Assembly: GCA_964389675.1 (NCBI GenBank)
Contig: CAYMEV010000001.1
Span: forward strand, 282,539 to 330,654
DNA: 48,116 nucleotides
Direction: 5' to 3'
Origin: an uncultured Candidatus Sumerlaeota bacterium
Lineage (GTDB): Bacteria > CAYMEV01
Position 1 is the stretch's first letter, and each line of letters starts with the position of its first letter. Positions 9,795-18,023 of the stretch are shown in pieces. Both the position numbers and the translations under genes were made by a program. The notes below the pieces were generated by a model. The model did no database searches, was not told where the DNA came from, and saw only the letters and a list, made by a program, of their open reading frames with translations.

Positions 9795-11633
9795 ATGAAG
9801 CATTTCCTAAAAAAAGCATTAATTACTGCCGGATCCCTTGTCATTATATTGAACTTCCTTACTGTATTGAATGCACGGGAAACATACAGCGTTACAATTA
9901 CCGTCCTTGATATTGATGAGGATCCCCTTCCCGGATTAAATATCAATATATGGCTTCTTAAAAACCCCTCTGTTATACTGATTGACCAGGACACCGATGA
10001 AGCCGGCCGGGTAGCCTGCCAGCTGTCACCGGGAAGCTATGGCTTTGATGTCTATGACTATTACGGGGCTTATGAATACCATGAAGGCACTTTTGCAGTA
10101 GCTGACAGTGCTGTAGATATTACTGTCCACCTTACGGCAGTTGAATTTGAAGTCCTTTTTGAGATACTTGATGCACAAAGCCTTCCTATAGCATCTGCAG
10201 AGATCGTTATTTCAGGCATTAATGACCCACTGGTAACTGATGAGTACGGGCTTGCATCAATATACCTGATAAAGGGGTATTATACATATACCGTCTCCCA
10301 TCCATGCTATCAGGCTATAAATTCGGATGTCAATATAGGGGGGATAAAAATCTCACAAAGGTCAACCGCAAGAGAGCCTGATTACCATCTGATGCACAAT
10401 ATGTCAGCCTCAGAAACGGAGGTAATATTTAATATTACCGCCGACAGCCAGCCTGTAATGGGGGCAAAGATATATATAGAAGGCTTCCCTGACCCCCTTA
10501 TAACGAATATTTCAGGCCAGGCGTCACTTTATGCAGAATGCGGTTCATATCTTTTTGAAGTCACAGCAGGAAACTATGACCCCTTCAGTGACAGCTTTAC
10601 AATATCAGGAGAACCCCTTCTGCTGAATATAGCCCTCACCTATACCCCCCAGCAGGCATCCTCTGCCATAAGCCTGGAAAATGCTGACTATTCAGGCATA
10701 TGGAAATGGGACTATACAGAAAGCAGAGGCTCTGTCTGGACAAGCCTTCTTGACGGACAGACAGCAAAAAAGATGATGTCGGGAGACATAAAGAACGACG
10801 GCAATAAAGATCTTGTGATAATTGATTCTGATAATGCCCTACTATATTATGATACTGCTTCATCATCATGGAACCAGCTCATACCCTCTGCCTATCAGTG
10901 CCTTGATTTCACCATTGCCCGCTCTGCTTCAAATATCCAGGTAATAGCCTCACTGAAGGATTACGGCATATATAAGTGGGACTCCACACAGGGAAGCAAT
11001 TTCCCCTCATCCTGGGAAAGGATCATAATGTATCCTGCAGAAATTATCCATTCTGCAAACATTGACAGGGACCCCGAAAATATCGATGAGCTTATAGTAT
11101 CATTCAGGGACCATCCCGGCATGTTTATATATTCCTTTTCATCCGCCACCTTCTCAAGGGCAATAACAGAAAGCCCCTCGCAGATAACCAGCGCTGATGT
11201 CACTGATGACCAGTATCCTGAGCTTGTTCTCTCTTTTGACTCATTCGGGGTTTACCTTGCAGGCTATGCACCCTTTGATAAAAGATCATATCAACAGCTT
11301 GAAAAAAGCCTTGAATTTTTGCGCATCACATGGGGAACCCCTGATACAGGCCATTATACAGCAGCAGGGGATATCTCCTCAGGTTTCGGCTGTGAGATAT
11401 TCATGGCCTACCAGGGAAATACATATCTCTACTCTTATGATACCGGTTCATGGAGCATATTCCTGCATGCACCATTAGACAGGCTTATATCCGGAAGGTT
11501 TACAGGGCATGCAAGGGATGACCTTATTATATCCGACAGCAGTACAGGAAGTCTCTACCTCTATAAAACACAGGATCAATCATATGAGCTTCTTCTGTAT
11601 AATGGAAGCTCTAATTCTATGACAAATTTTTAA
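9795..11633 (+). CDS. Secreted protein consisting only of three Ig/carboxypeptidase-regulatory-like repeats and an FG-GAP-like propeller (array member 1)
   Basis: Signal peptide ending LNA; repeats of TDxxGxAxxxLxxGxY; GDIKNDGNKDL, NIDRDPENIDEL, ADVTDDQYPEL, GRFTGHARDDL; colinear with the C-termini of the next three ORFs. Confidence 0.8.
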   Translation: MKHFLKKALITAGSLVIILNFLTVLNARETYSVTITVLDIDEDPLPGLNINIWLLKNPSVILIDQDTDEAGRVACQLSPGSYGFDVYDYYGAYEYHEGTFAVADSAVDITVHLTAVEFEVLFEILDAQSLPIASAEIVISGINDPLVTDEYGLASIYLIKGYYTYTVSHPCYQAINSDVNIGGIKISQRSTAREPDYHLMHNMSASETEVIFNITADSQPVMGAKIYIEGFPDPLITNISGQASLYAECGSYLFEVTAGNYDPFSDSFTISGEPLLLNIALTYTPQQASSAISLENADYSGIWKWDYTESRGSVWTSLLDGQTAKKMMSGDIKNDGNKDLVIIDSDNALLYYDTASSSWNQLIPSAYQCLDFTIARSASNIQVIASLKDYGIYKWDSTQGSNFPSSWERIIMYPAEIIHSANIDRDPENIDELIVSFRDHPGMFIYSFSSATFSRAITESPSQITSADVTDDQYPELVLSFDSFGVYLAGYAPFDKRSYQQLEKSLEFLRITWGTPDTGHYTAAGDISSGFGCEIFMAYQGNTYLYSYDTGSWSIFLHAPLDRLISGRFTGHARDDLIISDSSTGSLYLYKTQDQSYELLLYNGSSNSMTNF

Positions 11634-11650
11634 AATATTAAATAATATGC

Positions 11651-11679
11651 TTGCAATTTTCCAGTTCTGGATATATAAT
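11651..11679 (+). promoter_or_regulatory. sigma70 promoter
   Basis: TTGCAA-17-TATAAT; implies a leader of about 145 nt ending in SD AAGGAGG. Confidence 0.7.
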
Positions 11680-11831
11680 AATATATAGAGGAGCTGTCTA
11701 TATCAGGCTAATTTCAAGTTATAGATTTAATTTCTGCAAGAAAACCAGACAGTCCAGGGGGGTTTTCTATATCTCTATAGGATCATATATAAAATTAACC
11801 ATAGATAAAAAACTAATCAAGGAGGGTAGTT

Positions 11832-14800
11832 ATGCTTACTAAAGCACAAAAATCCCATCAAAAGGAAAGCTGGATAAGAATACCGCTTTTCCTTCTGATG
11901 ATCGTCTTCTGTTTCAGCTTTCTTCTATATGCTGATACAGGGGATTTAAACCAGGACAAAATCAGTCAAAGTGATAAACTACAAAAACATGAAAAGCTTC
12001 CTACAGAAGCTCAAGATTTCAGACGGGAGAATTCTGAAAAGCCATTTATCCCTTTATCTTTCTTAAAATCACCGGATATTTTACCTGGCAGCAATGAATC
12101 TCAAAATATCCATGATAAATATAAGAACAGGTATAACAGGATAAAAAGAACAAACAACGCCGGGTTCGCGACAAATGTAAACGAAAAACCCCATATCAAA
12201 CTGGACTTGGTACCTGAGGATGCCTATATTCCTGGTCTGATCAGCATAAAGCTTACCCAGCAAGCAAGAAGCCAAAACCTTGCAAAATTAATAACATCTG
12301 GCAAAGGAGGCTATGCAATAACTGACATACCTGAGCTTGACGAACTCAATCAGGTATTCAGGGTAAAGAAATACGAGAATAACTTTGACAAGATCTATCA
12401 GACTTCACCTGCCTCAATAGCCTACAAAGACAGACACCAGGCATGGGGTCTTGATCTGTACTGGCTCTTAACGATTGAACCAGGCACCGATATCATTGAA
12501 GTGGCAAAGAGCTTCCAGGCACTTGATATTGTCGAGATTGCGGAACCAATATACAAAAAACGGCAGATTCCTGTTGAGTCCTCAATAATAAAAGGTGAAC
12601 TTGAAAACGAAAGCAAGTATATACCTAATGATCCACTCTATTCTTTAAATCAGTGGCACTTCGATAATACAGGGCAGACCATTGGCGGGCAGACAGGAAC
12701 TCCAGGATGTGATATAAGTGCAGAAGAGGCATGGGATATTGAGAAGGGATGGAGCGATGTAATTGTTGCTGTCTTTGACGGCGGAATTGATATAGACCAT
12801 GAAGATATTGCCGGTAATATGTGGCCGGGCTATGGACCTGATGGCTCATCAACTGTGGCTGATGACCACGGTACGCATACATCAGGCACTATATCAGCAG
12901 TTATGAACAATAGCACAGGAGTTGCAAGTATAGCCGGAGGAAGCGGTTCCGGAGACGGTGTAAGGCTGATGACTATAGATATATTTACAGGCTCTGAAAC
13001 AGACCCATACCTGTTCAGGGATGGTAATACTTATGCTGCTGACAATGGCGCAGCAATATCCCAAAACAGCTGGGGATATACAGCTGCTGGAGTCTATAAC
13101 TCTTATGACTTGACAGCAATTGATTATTTCAATACAAACGGAGGAGGGACTGTCCTTGTTGGAGGAATAACGATATTCGCTGCAGGCAACGATAACGAGG
13201 ATAATCAATGGTATCCTGGATACTATTCAGGAGCCATGGCGGTCGCAGGAACGGACAACAGAGATCAGAGGTATACCAGCTCAAACTACGGATCATGGGT
13301 AGAGATATCAGCCCCGGCTGTAAATGTTGCCAGCACTGTTACAATGGAAAACGCTGATGGAGAATATCTGTTTTATACAGGCACCTCCATGGCATGTCCA
13401 CATGTATCAGGAACTGCAGCACTCATCGCATCCTATTCTGCAAGAAACGGCTATATATTTACAGCAGCAGAGCTAAGACAGCTGCTAAAGGACACAGCTG
13501 ATGATATATACACAATAAATCCCACATGGGAGGGAAAACTCGGAACAGGAAGGGTTAATGCCTATCTTGCACTGCTTGAGGTACAGGCAATTCTCGGAAC
13601 CCTTCAGCCATACAATGTGCTAATGACAAACACCAGCGGAGATCAATATCCAATGGTAGGAGAGACTGTATATTATGCTCTCCGGATAAGGAATATGGGT
13701 GCTCTTAATGATGCCTACCAGTTTAGCATTTCTGGCAGCGGATGGGCAGAAGGAATATATGCAGATGTAAATGATACACCCATTGATGTACCATTAGTTA
13801 TTGAATCCATGGAGAGTGAGTATGTCTACCTCAAGGTGACAGTACCCATAGGCACTGAGTACTGGGATTACGTGTATGATACTGTTGATGTAGTTGGCAC
13901 AGAAGTAAATGATTCTGTTACAGTCAAAACAACAGCGTCAAGCAGTTTCTTCGTTGAAGATTTTTATAATTGCGATCATGGATGGTCCACCTACCAGACT
14001 AATTTAAACTATAGCGGTGACACATGGCTGTGCGAGGAGATATATTCAGGCGGCTACGGCCCGATACATTATGCAGGCAATGACGGTACTGAACGTGCAA
14101 ACAGCTATATCGTCTCTCCACAGATCAGTATCCCTGCTGACGGAACCACAACTCTATATTTCTGGTCAGCATATATACTGGATGGAGGCACCTACGATAC
14201 ACACTCAGTACGTATCTCAAAGACAACAGATGACCCGTCCGTGCTTGGAGCTTTTGCGCTTCTTTCCGATGTAGAGAATACAGGTTATGATGAGGGTTAT
14301 TTCTATGGCAGAAGTTTTGATCTGACTCAGGACTACGCCGGAGAAGACATTTACATTGCCTTTCAGTACAGAGGGGCTGATACTGGCGACATATGGACCG
14401 TAACAAATGTTGATGTCTATGTTACATACCCTTACTCCCTGCCATTTACAGAGAACTTCGATGACACATCAATTCCCGACTGGACAATAGTTGACCCCAT
14501 CGAGATGTGGGGCATCTATGATGATAATGAGGCTGGCGGTGAGCCATTTGAGATTGGTCCATGGTGGGTAGCGACGACATGGAGCGGTATTTCAAGGCTC
14601 TATACTCCGGAGCTGGATATAGCAGGTATTGATACTGTAGAAGTAAGCTTTAAGAGCTTTCATGTGGACTGGACTGGTGTAAACCCATTCAAGGTCAAAC
14701 TGCAGTACAGCATTGATGAAACAAACTGGATTGATACTGGATGGGAAATAATAGGCGGCCAGGGCAATGGAGTTGAAACTGGTCCGGAGACAGTCACTAC

Positions 14801-17618
14801 GCTCATCCGAGGGCTTAGCAGCTACGACTCCCTTTATGTATCATGGACAACAGACGGGGACCAGGATACCTTCTACTACTGGAAAATAGATGATATAGAG
14901 ATTAAAGAAGCAGAAAACTATCAGGTCTCAGTATCCAATATTACAGGAGACTCGGACTGTAATGTCGGAGAGTCTGTATATTATCAGCTTAAAATAGAAA
15001 ACACCGGTGCTAATAATGACAATTTCTACATTAGCTCATCAAAAGGCTGGGGGGATGGATTCTATACTGATGATACCGGCACGACCCCAATAAGCCAGCC
15101 TATATCAATCAACAGCGAAGATTATGAATATGTCTATTTGAAGGTTACAGTCCCATCAGGAACTCCATTATGGAGAACCGATGAAGAGTTAGTAGAAGTA
15201 ACAGGCACAGGATCATATGACTCCATTACAATTACAACCACAGCAGTTCACCTGTTCCTATATGAGGACTTTGCCGGGTGTGACATTACAGGCTGGCAGA
15301 ATGTGCAGACCGGCACTGCCAAGAACAGTTGGGAATGCGTAGACAATCCGGGTAGTCTCAGCTGGATGAAGCATACATGTACTGAAAAGGCAAACCAAAC
15401 TGCAAACACATGGCTGGTTACACCGCAGATCCACCTGGATCCGCTGAGCAAAGGCTATATATATCTCTACTTCTGGTCAGCATACGTAATGCCAACAGGT
15501 CAGCCAACACATAGCTATGATTATCACGGAGTTTATATATCTGAGCTGGCCAGCCCAACCCCAGGCAATCTATCCGACTGGGTGGAGCTCCAGGAGATAG
15601 CCAATGATGGCATGGAAGACGGCTATTTTTATTCCCAGCTTATTGATATATCATCTTACCATGATAAGGATGTATATATAGCTTTTGTATATCATGGTGG
15701 GTCAACGGGCGATGAGTGGTACATCGCCAATGCCATGGTAATTGATGATGAATACTGGCTACAGGAGCATACCGCAACCATTACAGTACGTGACAATATC
15801 ACCAAGGATCCTCTGCCCGGAATGAATGTATGGTTATGGAATTCAGCATACCCATCAGAGATACTTCTCGATGCCGACACTGATGCCAACGGCCAGGTTA
15901 GTATATTACTCCCATCAGGCAACTATGCATTTGATGTATATGACTATTATGGAGGATATGATTACTATGACAATACATTCTCGATTACAACATCAAATGT
16001 CAATATAAATGCAGACCTCACCCTTACCAACCATACAGTCACCTGGGAGATACTGGACTCAGCCAATTCTCCCATTGCAGGCGCAGTAGTTGACATAACC
16101 GGGGCAGACAACCCGCCTGCCACAAATGCGTCAGGTATTACGACAACAACCCTGACCAAGGGGAACTACCCCTATACGGTATCACTGACATGCTATGAGA
16201 CCATCTCATCAGATGTCGACATAGCCATGGCAAAATCACCCGTTCCAAGGGGAACAGCACCCAAGAACACCTATTACCTGCTCCATAATATGGAGGATGC
16301 AGAGTGCAAGGTAACATTCACGGTTACTGACGGCTCTGAGGGTGTAATGGGGGCAAAGATCACCATAGACGGGCTACTTGACCAGATCGTCACGGATTCC
16401 ACAGGCTATGCAGAAACCTGGGCAACCTGCGGAAGCTATGACTACCTTATTGAAGCCGGCAATTACAATCCATACAGCGGGTCGTTCATAGTTGACGGGA
16501 CAAAGGCAAATATCCATGTAGAGCTTTCCTATGACCCGACCTTCATACAGCCCGCAATAAGCCTCGGTCATCCCGAGCATACAGGAATATGGCTGTGGAG
16601 CTATGATGAGGCAAAGCCTTCTGATATCGGGGCAAAATGCTCAAACTGGACAAACCTGCTACAGGGGGTTACTGCAGAGAAGATACTTGCAGGGGACATT
16701 ACAGGCGATGGAAACCTTGAGATAGTCTCACTTCTTGACGGGTATGGCCTGTGGTACTACAGCTTTGCTGAAAATGCATGGAAGATCGCAGTACCCAACA
16801 GCTATTCTGTCAGCGATTTCACCATTGCAAGGACATCACAGGATGATATCCGTGAGATAGTCGTATCCATAGAAGGATACGGGCTTTATAAGTGGGATCA
16901 CTCTATGGGCAACAACTGGCCAGGAGCATGGCAGAGCATAATAAACATACCTGCAGACATAATGATTGCAAGCAATATCAACAGGGATATCAACGGCATT
17001 GACGAGATAGCAGTATCTTTTACCGGATACAGCGGTCTGTATGTATACAGCTTTGAGACAGATGCTTTTAACAGGGTGACAACGCTCAGCCCGAGCCAGA
17101 TAGCAAAGGCTGACATAACAGATGACGGCTATGATGAGCTTGTTATGGTATTTGACGGCTATGGAATATACCTTGCCAGGTTTGAGGCATCAGGCACCAA
17201 GTCTGAAACAGGCATTTACCCGCAGTTTGACCTTGCCAGGGATATAAAGGCAGGCAATGAATGGATATCAAAGGGTGAAAACAATATCGGGCTTCAGTTC
17301 AGCAGGATATCCCTCGGCACACCTGACGCAGGACACCAGATAGGCACAGGCGATATAAGCCAGGGCTTCGGCTCCGAGATATTCATCACCTTCTCTGGTA
17401 ATACATACTATTATTCCTATGACGGAATGGTATGGTCAGTCCTTGCATATGCACCTTTCAAGAGGATAATATCAAGCACATTCACCGGAGATGTCAGGAA
17501 TGACCTTATCGTATGCGACAGCACTACAGGCAGTATATACCTGTATAAGACAGATACACAGTCTTGGGAGCTTCTGGTTGCGGGAGGCGATACAAACGCA
17601 ATGACAGCTCTGAAATAG
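11832..17618 (+). CDS. Secreted S8 subtilase with Ig-like and cleaved-adhesin/choice-of-anchor-J-like domains plus the shared C-terminal module (array member 2)
   Basis: Intact catalytic residues D316 (VAVFDGG), H346 (DHGTH), N453 (AAGND), S519 (GTSMACP); propeptide ending PNDP; EDF...SPQI...IYIAF adhesin-type domains. Confidence 0.92.
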   Translation: MLTKAQKSHQKESWIRIPLFLLMIVFCFSFLLYADTGDLNQDKISQSDKLQKHEKLPTEAQDFRRENSEKPFIPLSFLKSPDILPGSNESQNIHDKYKNRYNRIKRTNNAGFATNVNEKPHIKLDLVPEDAYIPGLISIKLTQQARSQNLAKLITSGKGGYAITDIPELDELNQVFRVKKYENNFDKIYQTSPASIAYKDRHQAWGLDLYWLLTIEPGTDIIEVAKSFQALDIVEIAEPIYKKRQIPVESSIIKGELENESKYIPNDPLYSLNQWHFDNTGQTIGGQTGTPGCDISAEEAWDIEKGWSDVIVAVFDGGIDIDHEDIAGNMWPGYGPDGSSTVADDHGTHTSGTISAVMNNSTGVASIAGGSGSGDGVRLMTIDIFTGSETDPYLFRDGNTYAADNGAAISQNSWGYTAAGVYNSYDLTAIDYFNTNGGGTVLVGGITIFAAGNDNEDNQWYPGYYSGAMAVAGTDNRDQRYTSSNYGSWVEISAPAVNVASTVTMENADGEYLFYTGTSMACPHVSGTAALIASYSARNGYIFTAAELRQLLKDTADDIYTINPTWEGKLGTGRVNAYLALLEVQAILGTLQPYNVLMTNTSGDQYPMVGETVYYALRIRNMGALNDAYQFSISGSGWAEGIYADVNDTPIDVPLVIESMESEYVYLKVTVPIGTEYWDYVYDTVDVVGTEVNDSVTVKTTASSSFFVEDFYNCDHGWSTYQTNLNYSGDTWLCEEIYSGGYGPIHYAGNDGTERANSYIVSPQISIPADGTTTLYFWSAYILDGGTYDTHSVRISKTTDDPSVLGAFALLSDVENTGYDEGYFYGRSFDLTQDYAGEDIYIAFQYRGADTGDIWTVTNVDVYVTYPYSLPFTENFDDTSIPDWTIVDPIEMWGIYDDNEAGGEPFEIGPWWVATTWSGISRLYTPELDIAGIDTVEVSFKSFHVDWTGVNPFKVKLQYSIDETNWIDTGWEIIGGQGNGVETGPETVTTLIRGLSSYDSLYVSWTTDGDQDTFYYWKIDDIEIKEAENYQVSVSNITGDSDCNVGESVYYQLKIENTGANNDNFYISSSKGWGDGFYTDDTGTTPISQPISINSEDYEYVYLKVTVPSGTPLWRTDEELVEVTGTGSYDSITITTTAVHLFLYEDFAGCDITGWQNVQTGTAKNSWECVDNPGSLSWMKHTCTEKANQTANTWLVTPQIHLDPLSKGYIYLYFWSAYVMPTGQPTHSYDYHGVYISELASPTPGNLSDWVELQEIANDGMEDGYFYSQLIDISSYHDKDVYIAFVYHGGSTGDEWYIANAMVIDDEYWLQEHTATITVRDNITKDPLPGMNVWLWNSAYPSEILLDADTDANGQVSILLPSGNYAFDVYDYYGGYDYYDNTFSITTSNVNINADLTLTNHTVTWEILDSANSPIAGAVVDITGADNPPATNASGITTTTLTKGNYPYTVSLTCYETISSDVDIAMAKSPVPRGTAPKNTYYLLHNMEDAECKVTFTVTDGSEGVMGAKITIDGLLDQIVTDSTGYAETWATCGSYDYLIEAGNYNPYSGSFIVDGTKANIHVELSYDPTFIQPAISLGHPEHTGIWLWSYDEAKPSDIGAKCSNWTNLLQGVTAEKILAGDITGDGNLEIVSLLDGYGLWYYSFAENAWKIAVPNSYSVSDFTIARTSQDDIREIVVSIEGYGLYKWDHSMGNNWPGAWQSIINIPADIMIASNINRDINGIDEIAVSFTGYSGLYVYSFETDAFNRVTTLSPSQIAKADITDDGYDELVMVFDGYGIYLARFEASGTKSETGIYPQFDLARDIKAGNEWISKGENNIGLQFSRISLGTPDAGHQIGTGDISQGFGSEIFITFSGNTYYYSYDGMVWSVLAYAPFKRIISSTFTGDVRNDLIVCDSTTGSIYLYKTDTQSWELLVAGGDTNAMTALK

Positions 17619-17632
17619 ACCATAAGTAATAT

Positions 17633-17671
17633 AAAAAAAGGGCGGTGCATAAGCATCGCCCCTTTTTTTTT
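17633..17671 (+). terminator. Intrinsic terminator
   Basis: A7-GGGCGGTGC-ataa-GCATCGCCC-C-T9. Confidence 0.9.
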
Positions 17672-17819
17672 GTCAATACGATAAATACTTTGTTTCTGTC
17701 ACTACGATAAAAATAAAATAAAGTGACTAATCCATAATTAAGAAGCCCAAAAAACCTGTCAGGTTCTTAATAATATTGAAAAATATTACTCTAATACAAT
17801 TTTTTTTTATTCTTTACCC

Positions 17820-17848
17820 TTGAATAATATCAATACCAGTCATATATT
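17820..17848 (+). promoter_or_regulatory. sigma70-type promoter
   Basis: TTGAAT-17-TATATT; SD AGGAGG before ATG 18024. Confidence 0.55.
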
Positions 17849-18023
17849 TAATATAAATACAGATAAAATGGCTTTTTTGCTCAAAAAGCATATTGTGCTT
17901 TTAGCTCAAGAGGATAATGTGCATTGCAAAAGGGCTTAATGACTTGTTTTTTATAGCTATATTGCTTATTATGTTCTATGAAAATGAATTTTTATTTAAG
18001 AATATATATAGGAGGGTTTTGAA

